A stretch of 64,000 bases of DNA from the NCBI GenBank assembly GCA_018242465.1, contig JAFEBY010000064.1, forward strand, positions 426-64,425, given 5' to 3'. The DNA is from Pseudomonadota bacterium. GTDB lineage: Bacteria; Pseudomonadota; Gammaproteobacteria; Xanthomonadales; Xanthomonadaceae. Made by a program: the position numbers and the translations under genes. Positions 20,657 through 30,646 of the stretch are shown one piece after another; the first letter of the stretch is position 1; every line of letters starts with the position of its first letter. Under the pieces are notes generated by a model, which was not told the origin of the DNA, ran no database searches, and saw nothing but the letters and a program-made list of their open reading frames with translations.

Positions 20657-20833
20657 CTGCTTTCGACCCTAGGTCGACTTAAGGCATGACGATGAGGAGA
20701 CGAGCCCGTCGCGTTCTATAGCAAGCCGACATCTTGGAGCCGGCGGCTAAAATGCCTCTTGGCGCGGCCATGTTTCGGGCCAACGGAATTGAACGCTGCA
20801 AAATTTATTTCGAATGCACTTTTCGGGGGCAGT

Positions 20834-21826
20834 ATGAGAGACGAGATTGTTACCTACGACGTGAAGAATTCTCTCAGCAAGCTGGTGGCTGAGTTTCCAG
20901 GGATTACAGAGATATCGTTATTCGGGTCGCGCGTTTATCAAACCGGAAGTCTCCGCTCAGACTGCGACCTGCTGGTCGAATATGAGCCTGACGCAGCGCC
21001 TAAGGCTGGCGACCTGCTGCGATTCAGTGATCGCGAGTGCAGCGCTTTTGATTTTTTCCTTCTGCATCATGGCCAAGCTACCAGCTGCGCAAACCAGAGT
21101 TTTATATATGCGAACAGCTCCGAAGAGCTCAAGCAACGAGTCGATTCAAAGACTATTTGGTCGAGGGAGGCCGGTTTCTCGCCAGCAGGTCCGTTTTACA
21201 AAGAACAAGATCCTTGGGCTTTTTCCGTACACGGCCACATCGTATTCATTCCGACGGCTTTGCCAAACGCGGTGATAACAGAAAACACGTTGCGAATGAC
21301 GCTGGCCAGAGCAGAGCATCAAGGACTACCAACCCAGCCGTTCCTTGGTGACAACGTTGAAGCCGCGGCAATGTTTTTGAAGGATGTTGCGCGAAACCTT
21401 GTCATGAAACCAAGCGACTTGGGCCAGAGAGGTGCTGCCAAATCAGGCTGGACGGTCAATCTAAAGAGTGAGTATGACTGCCAAAACTTGTTCTTCATTA
21501 CTGTCAAGCCTTGGCTGAGGTCAATCGGCCGCGAAGAGGTTGAGATCACTTACGACGAGCAGAAGAAGATTTCGGACTTCAACGCTTTCGAGAACCAACT
21601 AATAGTTGAAATGAAGTACATCGACGACCCGAACTCAAAGAGAGAAGTGCTCAAGGACCTCAAGGGATTGCAGCATTTCTACTCGAAGAACCAAAATGTC
21701 CGAATCCTGCTTTTTGTGATCTATTACAAGACTGAGGCTCAAGTCGACGCCCCACGATGGGAGCAAGACTATAGCTCCGCCTATGAGGGAAGGAGGATAG
21801 TTACCTCGCTAGTGCAACTTCCGTAA
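20834..21826 (+). CDS. Fusion: minimal nucleotidyltransferase (MNT) + DpnII/MboI-like PD-(D/E)xK endonuclease
   Basis: N-terminal LFGSR...SDCDLLV; C-terminal SEYDCQNL...REE...SDF...LIVEMKY. Confidence 0.7.
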   Translation: MRDEIVTYDVKNSLSKLVAEFPGITEISLFGSRVYQTGSLRSDCDLLVEYEPDAAPKAGDLLRFSDRECSAFDFFLLHHGQATSCANQSFIYANSSEELKQRVDSKTIWSREAGFSPAGPFYKEQDPWAFSVHGHIVFIPTALPNAVITENTLRMTLARAEHQGLPTQPFLGDNVEAAAMFLKDVARNLVMKPSDLGQRGAAKSGWTVNLKSEYDCQNLFFITVKPWLRSIGREEVEITYDEQKKISDFNAFENQLIVEMKYIDDPNSKREVLKDLKGLQHFYSKNQNVRILLFVIYYKTEAQVDAPRWEQDYSSAYEGRRIVTSLVQLP

Positions 21827-22091
21827 CGTTAAGGCGCTCTTGTAGTGTTCCGATTTGAAGCAGTCGTGTGGCTGCTTCCGGTGGGACGCTGCTTTTGGCC
21901 GGTAGCGACCCATGGCGGACATCACAGAGTCCGTATGTATCTTCTTTATCAAGACCTTACGTTGTGGATATTACATTCGGTTGTTCGACGCGACGTACGC
22001 TTCTTGCAGGTGATGCCATGCAGCTCGGCTGCAGCGAGCCGCCATCGCGTGCCAAGCCCGACTTAGGGCATTCGACGGTTTGAGGGGACTC

Positions 22092-23825
22092 GTGAGAATA
22101 GTCAAGTTGTCGGTTCAGAACTTTCGAAGCATCAGTGAGCTGGAGTGGACACTGGAGTGGCACCCGCTTTGTTGCTTGATCGGCCCTGGCGATTCGGGTA
22201 AGTCGACGGTTCTGGACGCCATCGAAGCGGTGCTTTCTTCCCGCTGGTACACCTTTGGCGAGGCCGACTTTAGGGGGTGCGACACCTCCCGCTCAATCAA
22301 GATCGAAGTGACAATCGCCGAGCTTTCAAAGCCGCTGCTTTCAGACGAGAAGTTTGGCCTCTACATACGCGGACTGGCGCCGGACGGTACCGTTAGGGAC
22401 GAGCCCGAGGACGGAGATGAGCCGGTCCTGACGGTGCGTTTGTCTGTGGATGCCACGATGGAGCCCTTGTGGGAGGTGGTAAACGATCGAACCCCGTATC
22501 CGCGGACGATGTCCAACCGGGACCGTGCCCTGTTCCGCGTGGTTCGCCTGACCGGCGACGATGCCCGGCACCTGACTTGGGGTCAGGGATCCATCCTTTC
22601 CAAGCTCACTGAGTCTGGGGACGAAGCAGCTCAGCAGCTGGCAGAGGCGTATAGGGCGGCCAAGGCCAGCACTCAACTGCATGAGATTGAGAGCTTGGCG
22701 AAGGTGGCCAGAGAAGCCCAAGAGCGTGCAGTTGAGGTCGGTGCAATTGTGGAGGATGAGTACATTCCGGGGCTCGAGTTGTTGAAGGGAGGTTTTTCTT
22801 CGGGTTCGATTGCCCTTCACGACGGCGCTGTGCCCCTACGGTTGGCCGGCACTGGCACCCGGCGATTGGCCACCTTGGCCATTCAGCGTGCTGCGATTGA
22901 GGAGGGAGCGATCATCCTGGTAGATGAGATCGAGCAAGGCCTCGAGCCACATCGCATCTTGGGGGCCATCGTGCACCTACGGCAATCGCAGGCGGCGACC
23001 GCGGCGGTGTCTAAGCCCACCGGTCAGATCGTCATGACCACTCATTCCGATACGGCTCTAAGTGAGATTCCCCCGGAGGGCCTCTACGTCTGCCGCCGTG
23101 CCTCAGGGAACATCCTGAGGATTCTCCACCCGACCGATCAAGACGCCCTGCGGCGGGTGCTCAAGCATATGCCAAGGGCGTTGTTCGCGCGGCGACTTTT
23201 GGTCTGCGAGGGCGACACGGAGTTGGGGTTGATACTCGGGCTTCGGGAGCTCTTCCCCTCGCGGCACGGTGGTGCATCCATCGAACAACGCGGAGCGGCT
23301 GTCGTGGATGGTGAGGGGACCAATGCCCCCCAGATGGCCGCAGCGCTGGCCGCATTGGGGTACACGACGGCGCTCTATCGTGACTCCGACATTCCCGTTC
23401 CCACCAAGCAACAGGAGAAGCTGGATAAGGCGGGGGTCCATACCATCACCTACCCAACGGACATGGCTATCGAGGAGGCATTGTTTGCGGGCGTCGCCGA
23501 CGACGAGCTTGTGGATGAGCTTTTGATGGAGGCCGAACGATACAAGGGAGAGGCGACGGTGATCGATCAGCTCAACAAGGCTTTCCCTGAAGCGGATACC
23601 AGCGGCATTGGGAACGCATCCTTTGTGGGCATGGACTCCACCCTCGGGCTGGAGCGGGGGGAGATCATGAAAAGGCTTGGTTACCTGGCCAAACAGTACG
23701 CATGGTTCAAGAATCAGTACATCGCCCGTGGATTGGCTCCGGTTGTCGATCAGGCGATAGCCCAATCACCGACATCTGAATTTGCCCTAGCCCTCAGAGA
23801 AATCGAGGCGTGGCTCTATGCTTAG
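22092..23825 (+). CDS. gajA: Gabija GajA-like OLD-family ABC-ATPase/TOPRIM nuclease
   Basis: VQNFRSI, GPGDSGKST, GTGTRRL, LVDEIEQGLEPH, TTHS; TOPRIM VCEGDTE and DSD. Confidence 0.8.
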   Translation: MRIVKLSVQNFRSISELEWTLEWHPLCCLIGPGDSGKSTVLDAIEAVLSSRWYTFGEADFRGCDTSRSIKIEVTIAELSKPLLSDEKFGLYIRGLAPDGTVRDEPEDGDEPVLTVRLSVDATMEPLWEVVNDRTPYPRTMSNRDRALFRVVRLTGDDARHLTWGQGSILSKLTESGDEAAQQLAEAYRAAKASTQLHEIESLAKVAREAQERAVEVGAIVEDEYIPGLELLKGGFSSGSIALHDGAVPLRLAGTGTRRLATLAIQRAAIEEGAIILVDEIEQGLEPHRILGAIVHLRQSQAATAAVSKPTGQIVMTTHSDTALSEIPPEGLYVCRRASGNILRILHPTDQDALRRVLKHMPRALFARRLLVCEGDTELGLILGLRELFPSRHGGASIEQRGAAVVDGEGTNAPQMAAALAALGYTTALYRDSDIPVPTKQQEKLDKAGVHTITYPTDMAIEEALFAGVADDELVDELLMEAERYKGEATVIDQLNKAFPEADTSGIGNASFVGMDSTLGLERGEIMKRLGYLAKQYAWFKNQYIARGLAPVVDQAIAQSPTSEFALALREIEAWLYA

Positions 23826-25215
23826 CCCAAGGAGCCTCTTGGGGGTGCGGAGTGGCAGTGTGGTGGCGCCTGCAGGCTACGGGAAGACCGAATTGATAGC
23901 CAAGCTTGCAGGCTTAGCGGAAAGAACCTTGGTCTTAACGCACACGCATGCCGGTGTGCATGCACTGCGCGCACGTATGAGTCGGCTCGGAATTGATCCT
24001 CGTGCGGCTGCAGTCGATACCATTGCAAGTTGGGCCTCGCGCTACACGGCGGCCTTCCCAACGCTGGGAAAGCCGTTGGGAAGAATGCCTGTAGGTAACG
24101 AGTGGGGGCAGCTCTACACTGGTGGGCTGGACGTGCTTTCTGTCTCACCGGTTCGGGACGTCATTGCTGCCTCCTATGATCGAGTGCTAGTGGATGAGTA
24201 TCAGGACTGCGACTTAGCTCAGCACCATTTGGTGACAGCGCTGGCGGAGCAATTGCCGACCATCGTCTTTGGCGATCCCATGCAGGGGATCTTTGGCTTT
24301 CGTGGAAACCCAAGTGTGTCATGGGAAAACGACGTATTTCCTGTTTTCCCGCTGGTGGGCACCCTCGAAGAGCCGATGCGATGGATGAAGACCAATCCCC
24401 ATCTCGGCGAATGGATAGCACACGTCAGGCGCCAGCTAGAACGGTGCGAGTCCGTGGATTTGACCGGCGGCCCTGCAACCTACTTGCCATGCGAGGACGT
24501 ATACGACCTGTCGCCCCTTTTTTACGAACTGGACGAGGCAAGCGGAAGCGTCGCAGCGCTTCATTGCAGGCGGGGGACATGTGATCAGCTGGCCAAGCTG
24601 AGCAAAGCCGCTTACCAGGCAATCGAAGATATTGCCTGCAAGACACTACAGGAGTTCGCCGTTGCTTGGGACCAAGCATCAGCGAGCGACCGCGAAGGCT
24701 TGCTTCGACAGTTAGTGAAAGCGGCAGTCACATCTAAGAGATTGAAGGACGGGGAGAAGGATACGGTCCAGGATCTGGAAGCCTGGGAAAGGGTTGTCGC
24801 ATCCTATCGAGTGTTGGGTGTGACCGGCGACCCCCAAGAAGCAGTCAATGTGTTGTCAGGCCTTCGCCTACACAGCAGGGTTAGGACATTTCGTGCGGAG
24901 CTGATTCGAGACACGACAAAGGCGCTTGCGGCGTTGGCTGAGGGAAAGCATGCCACGTTGGCGCACAGTGCTTTCGTGATTAGGCAGCGCGTGAGCCACA
25001 TGGGTCGGTATCTACCAAGGCGCACGGTATCGACTCCGCTGTTGCTCAAGGGATTGGAGTTTGACCGCGTATCTATTCCAGATGCAGTCCACTTTGATCA
25101 GGAAAGAGATCAGGGAGTGCGGGCCAAACTGTTCTACGTGGCACTGTCGCGTGCACGGTCCTCCTTAGTGATCTCATCTTCCAGTCCGACGATCCGGTTT
25201 CCGTTGCCAAATTGA
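23818..25215 (+). CDS. gajB: Gabija GajB-like UvrD helicase
   Basis: APAGYGKT, LTHTHAGV, VDEYQDC, GDPMQGIF, KGLEFD, YVALSRA; overlaps the gajA stop. Confidence 0.8.
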   Translation: MLSPRSLLGVRSGSVVAPAGYGKTELIAKLAGLAERTLVLTHTHAGVHALRARMSRLGIDPRAAAVDTIASWASRYTAAFPTLGKPLGRMPVGNEWGQLYTGGLDVLSVSPVRDVIAASYDRVLVDEYQDCDLAQHHLVTALAEQLPTIVFGDPMQGIFGFRGNPSVSWENDVFPVFPLVGTLEEPMRWMKTNPHLGEWIAHVRRQLERCESVDLTGGPATYLPCEDVYDLSPLFYELDEASGSVAALHCRRGTCDQLAKLSKAAYQAIEDIACKTLQEFAVAWDQASASDREGLLRQLVKAAVTSKRLKDGEKDTVQDLEAWERVVASYRVLGVTGDPQEAVNVLSGLRLHSRVRTFRAELIRDTTKALAALAEGKHATLAHSAFVIRQRVSHMGRYLPRRTVSTPLLLKGLEFDRVSIPDAVHFDQERDQGVRAKLFYVALSRARSSLVISSSSPTIRFPLPN

Positions 25216-25480
25216 TCGTGGATAAACTCAACGTATGAAACAGCTTTCCGCGCCTCAATTCAGGTAGTCGAAGCGTTCGCTCCTGGCCGATTTCGGTCTT
25301 TGTTCTAATTCGGGCCAAAATATTAGCGCTCTGACCGCATTCAATTTTGGGGGGTACGTCAGAGCTCTTTCTAGAAGATAAAGAATTTTTGAGCAGCAGG
25401 CTTTAATGTTGGCGCGCACTTAAAACTGACCCAGGCTGCGCGTTGAACTTTGACCCACCCAGTAGACGGGGTTGAGGGTA

Positions 25481-26272
25481 TCAGTTGGTGGTCTGGGGCG
25501 TGGCCTCCTTTGCCCTGGTTCTGGCTTTGGCTTTGCTCGCGGCGGTGCTGTTGCGCAGGCGCCATGAGTCGTTGCCGGTCTCGAGGATGTGGCAGTGGTG
25601 GGTGATGCGATCGAGCAGCGCGGTGGTCATCTTGGCGTCGCCGAACACCTGCGCCCATTCGGAGAAGGCCAGGTTGGTGGTGATGACGAGGCTGGTGCGC
25701 TCGTAGAGCTTGCTGATCAGGTGGAACAGCAGCGCGCCACCTGATGGGGTGAACGGCAGGTAGCCCAGTTCGTCGAGGATGACCAGGTCGGCGTAGGTCA
25801 GGCGCAGTGCGATCTGCCCGGCCTTGCCCTGTGCCTGCTCCTTCTCCAGGGCGTTGACCAGTTCGATGGTGGAGAAGAAGCGCACGCGCAGGCGATGCTG
25901 GCGCACGGCCTGGATGCCGATGGCGGTGGCCAGGTGGGTCTTGCCGGTGCCGGGCCCGCCGACAAGGACGAGGTTCTCGGCGGTGTGGATGAAGTCGCCC
26001 TGGTGCAGGCGCTCGACGAGCGATCGATCCACCGGACTGGCGGCGAAGTCAAACCCGAGCAGATCGCGGTGGACGGGGAAGCGCGCGGCCTTCATCTGGT
26101 TGGCCTGGGCACGGACCTGGCGTTCGGCGGACTCGGCCTGCAGCAGTTCGGCCATCCAGTGTTCGGGGTCCATGGCGTGCAGGCGCATCTTGGCCAGCAG
26201 TTCGGGCCACTGGCTGGCCATGCCGTACAGCTTGAGCTGCTGCATGCGCAGTGGCAGGTCAGGCGTCGACAT
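25481..26272 (-). CDS. istB: IS21 helper ATPase IstB
   Basis: [35 protein letters not shown]. Confidence 0.95.
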   Translation of the reverse strand: MSTPDLPLRMQQLKLYGMASQWPELLAKMRLHAMDPEHWMAELLQAESAERQVRAQANQMKAARFPVHRDLLGFDFAASPVDRSLVERLHQGDFIHTAENLVLVGGPGTGKTHLATAIGIQAVRQHRLRVRFFSTIELVNALEKEQAQGKAGQIALRLTYADLVILDELGYLPFTPSGGALLFHLISKLYERTSLVITTNLAFSEWAQVFGDAKMTTALLDRITHHCHILETGNDSWRLRNSTAASKAKARTRAKEATPQTTN

Positions 26273-27767
26273 GATCGGCCTCCCGCAGGGCGTCGTAGCG
26301 AGCCGGATCCGCCGCGGGTGGATGACGTAGTGTCACGCGGGAGGCGACCGTCTCGATCACGCGATCAGGATGCTGCAACCGACCCAGCACGTTGAGCACG
26401 TGTTCGGCACGGACCAGACCGGACTCGAGCGTCAGTTCGACCGCGACCAGCACGGCTTCGAGCCCGTGGACGGGCACGGCGGCCAGCACCTGGGCCATGG
26501 CACGATCACCGTGGGGCAGGCGGAGCAGGCGTTGCTGCAGCTTACGCAACGGATCAGGCATGGACAGGAACGGCGCGCCATCGCGCAGCGCCCCGGGCTT
26601 GCGCTGGATGAGGGCGATGTAGTGCTGCCAGTCGTAGTGGACCTGGTCGCGTTCGAAGCTGCGCCGGTGACGAGCGACTTCGGCATCGCCGACCACCACG
26701 GCCAGTTCGAAGGGATACACGCGCAGGCTGGCGACGGCATGGGCGTGTTCGCACGGCACGCTGTAGCGGTTGCGCTGGAAGCTGACCAGCGAAGTCGAGC
26801 TGATCCGCACCGGCCGTTCGATGTAGCCGTCGAAGGGTGCGGGCATCGGCATCAGGTGGGGCTGTTCGTCCTCCAGCGCCTCGGCCACGGTGATGTCGGA
26901 GGCATCGGGGTGTGGCTGCATCGGCCACGCGGCGCGGCACTCGCTGGCGAGCCAGGCGTTGAGGGTGTCCAGGTCCGGCCAGTGACGGGCGCCGGCCTCG
27001 ATCCAGATCTGCCGACGCCGATCCTGCACGTTCTTCTCCACGCGCCCCTTCTCCCAGCCGGCCGCGCGGTTGCAGAACTCGGCGGCGAACAGGTAGTGGC
27101 TGGTCATGGCGTGGAAGCGGGCGTTGACGCGTCGTTCCCGATGCTGGCCGATCCCGTCGACCGCCGTCTTCATGTTGTCGTAGATGCCGCGGCGCGGCAC
27201 GCCCCCGAAGGCGGTGAAGGCCCGGGTGTGGGCATCGAACAGCATCTCGTGGCTCTGGGTGGGATAGGCCACCAGCCAGAAGGCGCGGCTGCAGGCCAAC
27301 TTCACGTGGGCCACCTCCAGCGACATCTTCGCGTGGCTGCCGACGAAGGCGTACTCGCGGCTCCAGTCGAACTGGAAGGCCTCGCCCGGCGGGAAGTGCA
27401 ACGGCACGAAGGCAGGCCGGCGGCTGGCGCCGCCGGCCGCCTTCCACTGGCGGATGAAGGCGGTGACGCGGGTGTAGGTGCCGGGATAGCCGATCGCCTG
27501 CAACTGCGAGAACAGCACCTTGGCGGTGCGCTGATCGCGACGAGGGCGTTGGCTGTCGGCACGCAGCCAGGTCTCCAACTGCGACCGATAGGGATCGAGC
27601 CGGGAGGGTGACGAACGTCTTGGATAGACCGGCTCGGACTGGCCGCTGCGCAGCCAGCGCCGGATGGTGTTGCGGGAAAGACCGGTGCGCTTGGCGATCT
27701 CGCGCAGCGGCAGGCCATCGCGCAGATGCATGCGCCGGATCTTGGCCAACATGACCATGGTGATCAC
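26259..27767 (-). CDS. istA: IS21 DDE transposase IstA
   Basis: N-terminal [30 protein letters not shown]. Confidence 0.95.
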   Translation of the reverse strand: MITMVMLAKIRRMHLRDGLPLREIAKRTGLSRNTIRRWLRSGQSEPVYPRRSSPSRLDPYRSQLETWLRADSQRPRRDQRTAKVLFSQLQAIGYPGTYTRVTAFIRQWKAAGGASRRPAFVPLHFPPGEAFQFDWSREYAFVGSHAKMSLEVAHVKLACSRAFWLVAYPTQSHEMLFDAHTRAFTAFGGVPRRGIYDNMKTAVDGIGQHRERRVNARFHAMTSHYLFAAEFCNRAAGWEKGRVEKNVQDRRRQIWIEAGARHWPDLDTLNAWLASECRAAWPMQPHPDASDITVAEALEDEQPHLMPMPAPFDGYIERPVRISSTSLVSFQRNRYSVPCEHAHAVASLRVYPFELAVVVGDAEVARHRRSFERDQVHYDWQHYIALIQRKPGALRDGAPFLSMPDPLRKLQQRLLRLPHGDRAMAQVLAAVPVHGLEAVLVAVELTLESGLVRAEHVLNVLGRLQHPDRVIETVASRVTLRHPPAADPARYDALREADHVDA

Positions 27768-27873
27768 TCCTGAAATCCCCCGAGCAAAGATGCTCAGGAT
27801 GTGGGCTTCAGGTGGGTCAGTTTTACTCGCGCACTACCGCCAAAAGTGGGTCAGTTCTGGATGCGCGCCAACA

Positions 27874-28584
27874 GCGAAAGTCTCTTTCGTTTCGCTTAAT
27901 GTCTTCGAACGTCCGTCCCTGCAGAAGATCTGGGATATCAATCCCCTCTAGAATCTTCTTGGTCTTTGGCGCATCACTGGCGTAATTGATGAATGAATCA
28001 ACCGCGAATGTAAGAATGATTTCTGCCCTGGGAAGTTCGGATAAAATCCTCTTTATCAAAGAGGCTGGTACATCCTTGTAACCGTACTGATCTAACAAGA
28101 AAATGGAGCGCCCAGTCCTAGGTGACTTTTTCTTTACTTCTTTGATTAAATCATCTGCATGGCTATCGAAAGTCCCACTTAGTAAATGGACATCTTTTTC
28201 AATTCGATCTCTATACCCTTCGTCGGATAACGCTTGTCTGAGAAACTGTAGAGCTGAACGCTCTTTTTCAACGAAAAAATAGTCAAGATTCCATGCTAAA
28301 TCTTTCTTTCTCCCAATCGAAAGTAATGCCTGGGCTTCACTAACAGCTTTCAAAAATACAAATGGAGAACCAAGGGTTGGCTTGCCGCTGTCTTCATGGA
28401 TATATCGTCCGCCGCCTGCAAAGCCGTCAACTAGGCATAGATTTACAGTATCTTGCCCCGGTCGAACCAGTGTTTGCATGTAAGCAACTAGATAAGCGTG
28501 CAATACTTCGTGTTTCGCAATGCTATGTTGCTTAATAATCGAGGGCTTACCTTCTGCCCAACCCTTGTATTGTGATCGTGGCAT
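27874..28584 (-). pseudogene. tcmP: Three-Cys-motif partner protein TcmP (SAM-methyltransferase-like), 3' truncated by IS21
   Basis: HSIAKHEVL..YL..Y, VDGFAGGGRY, GSP, LLDQYGY, AEIILTF. Frame runs into the IS end after ...NERDFR. Confidence 0.75.
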
Positions 28585-28590
28585 TTACGC

Positions 28591-29340
28591 TCACGCCATC
28601 ATTGTGGCTTGTGCCGGCATTTGATCCCAAGTGCGTCCATTGAGGAGGCGACCGTTCTTAGCTTTTGCTCGGCGCTTCCCATCGGCTCCCCAGCCCCCCC
28701 ATTGTTTGAAGAAGAAAGCAACCCTTTGTTTCTCGCACTGAATTCGTACCGCGTCTGCCCATTCTGGCTTCATAGGCCGAGCCTTCGGGCCTGACTCTCC
28801 GCCTACGATCACCCAATGAATGTTTTTCAAATTGAGTTTCCCAACATCTTCGAGCAAGGGCTCAACGGATAGGAAGCGAATTTCAGCCTCAATGTCTCTC
28901 AGATAATCGATACGCGGGACCCCATGCTTACGATTTTCGACGGAAACGCCCAACCACACATTTTTTGGCACAGGCCGATCGTTGAAGTATCTAGCCATAC
29001 GTGCGGCACGCTTCGTTAAAATTTGGTAACTGTGTTGCGGCGTATCCGCAATGACCTTCATTACCTGGTCGATGTAGTTCGTAGGAACCTTTTCATGAAA
29101 TAGGTCGGACATCGAATTGACAAAATAAATCGTCGGCTTCTTTCGCTTAATTGGATCGTTTAATCGCTCCTGGATAAGGCGAAGCGCGAATCCGTTTTCA
29201 TAGCCTGGAGTCCCCATGGCCTGAAGTCTGCGTGCCATGAGCTCGGCATAGCAGTGCTTGCAGCCTGCTGAGATTTTCGTGCAGCCCACAATTGGGTTCC
29301 ACGTTTGTTCGGTCCACTCGATTCGCGATGTCGTAGTCAT
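28591..29340 (-). CDS. DUF5131 (phage Gp37/Gp68-like, three-Cys radical-SAM-like) protein
   Basis: IEWTEQTWNP, C-x6-C-x2-C (CTKISAGCKHC), FVNSMSDLFH, LTKR, LSVEPLL, WVIVGGESG, FFFKQWGG. Confidence 0.92.
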   Translation of the reverse strand: MTTTSRIEWTEQTWNPIVGCTKISAGCKHCYAELMARRLQAMGTPGYENGFALRLIQERLNDPIKRKKPTIYFVNSMSDLFHEKVPTNYIDQVMKVIADTPQHSYQILTKRAARMARYFNDRPVPKNVWLGVSVENRKHGVPRIDYLRDIEAEIRFLSVEPLLEDVGKLNLKNIHWVIVGGESGPKARPMKPEWADAVRIQCEKQRVAFFFKQWGGWGADGKRRAKAKNGRLLNGRTWDQMPAQATMMA

Positions 29341-29443
29341 GACCTGCCCCTTCGCTGCGAAGTCCATCACTATGGATATTTGCAAGAAAATAGCATAAGA
29401 GTACAAAAATTATCCAACGAAGCAGCGTCATAAACCGCTAGAG

Positions 29444-30277
29444 TTAGAAAGGCAACCGTGTCTGCGCTGTGACGTTGCTGACTTCGCCCCAGAAGCGCTT
29501 TCCTATATCGGATTTGGAGGCGAGAACTAGGCGGTAGAGGGGTTGATTTCGCGTCCCCTTAACTAGTTCCGCCTGGTACGTTGGGTCTTTGTATCCAAGT
29601 TCACTTATTAGGTTGCACCAATACTGGAAAACAGCTTGGACCTTCACGTTATTGCGCGCATTCTGATCTACGTGATTGCGCCATCCCGGCGCGAAATGGT
29701 CTAAGCGACCCGATCTCATAAAGAAGCTGACATTTCGCTGCAAATCCATCATGCTGAAATGAATTAGTAGATCCATGCGCGGGAAATTTGCTAGCGTGCG
29801 AATAACACTGAAGGGTAGTGTCATGAGGTTGTACGGGTCCAGAAAGGCAAAGTGCAACCCGCTTTTATTGAGCTTTGATGTGATTATCGAAACCGTTTCC
29901 TCTGCAGGCCCGATGAAGTTTTCAAAGTTACCTAGCCCACTCCTCTCCAAGCGAGTGGCGCAAGCTGAAACATTTAGCTCATCAAGATCAGCAATGTACA
30001 TTTTCCCAAAAGGATCATGCTTGGCTGCCTCCAGACCTGCAACCAATGCACTACCGTCGTGAACTTGATTGGAATCAGGAATGCGCGCTCGACCAGTTCC
30101 GCAGTAGAGATCGATAAATGTGGAATTGCCGTTAAATTTTCTTCTAGCGGCACGGCTGATATCGATATAGTGCTGAAGGCGAAGATGTTTTTCAGCCACC
30201 CACTCTCCAACCAACTCCCTTGGCAATCCGTCGTCAGGATCGATCTCGTATCTTTCTTTTTTTGGTTTTGTAGGCAT
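29444..30277 (-). CDS. tcmP: Second three-Cys-motif partner protein (TcmP family)
   Basis: VGEWVAEKH..L..YI, FIDLYCGTG, DGSAL, FAFLDPY, MDLQRN, LYRLVLAS. Confidence 0.8.
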   Translation of the reverse strand: MPTKPKKERYEIDPDDGLPRELVGEWVAEKHLRLQHYIDISRAARRKFNGNSTFIDLYCGTGRARIPDSNQVHDGSALVAGLEAAKHDPFGKMYIADLDELNVSACATRLERSGLGNFENFIGPAEETVSIITSKLNKSGLHFAFLDPYNLMTLPFSVIRTLANFPRMDLLIHFSMMDLQRNVSFFMRSGRLDHFAPGWRNHVDQNARNNVKVQAVFQYWCNLISELGYKDPTYQAELVKGTRNQPLYRLVLASKSDIGKRFWGEVSNVTAQTRLPF

Positions 30278-30646
30278 GAGTTCCCCCGGCCCAGATCCAC
30301 GACGCACTCCCCAGTGCTTTTCTAAGATACATCAGTCCTTCGGGCCGTGTTTTTTTGAGTGCTCATCAGGGCGCTATCAAGACTTTATCCCGGGTAAGAG
30401 GTGGCTATTAATGCAATTCTGAGGCAGGTGCGGGCCTGTCCCGAATACTGCATTACCCGGTCGCTGAGGCAGCGCGAGATGGCTAAGTGCAACTGATTAT
30501 CGAGAATTATGGAGCCTAACTCGCACCGGTCAATCTTCCCCATTTTGTCAGGGGGGATGCCGTGGCGGTTACTGAGCCATATCGGTTTCGCAATGCAACG
30601 AATGCGCGTTGTACTGATTTATTTCCCCAGCATATCGCTCTAAGCG

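Larger units (their letters stand above)
25407..27873 (-). mobile_element. IS21-family insertion sequence (2467 bp)
   Basis: Terminal IRs TGTTGGCGCGCA / TGCGCGCCAACA with internal TGACCCA repeats; istA-istB; markedly higher GC than its flanks. Confidence 0.95.

Noticed and set aside
20834-21826. CBASS CD-NTase call
   Set aside because: The NTase portion is short (MNT-sized) with no CD-NTase C-lobe, and there are no Cap effector or E1/E2/JAB genes nearby.
26370-27611. 413-aa + strand ORF inside IS21
   Set aside because: Antisense to istA in a very GC-rich element.
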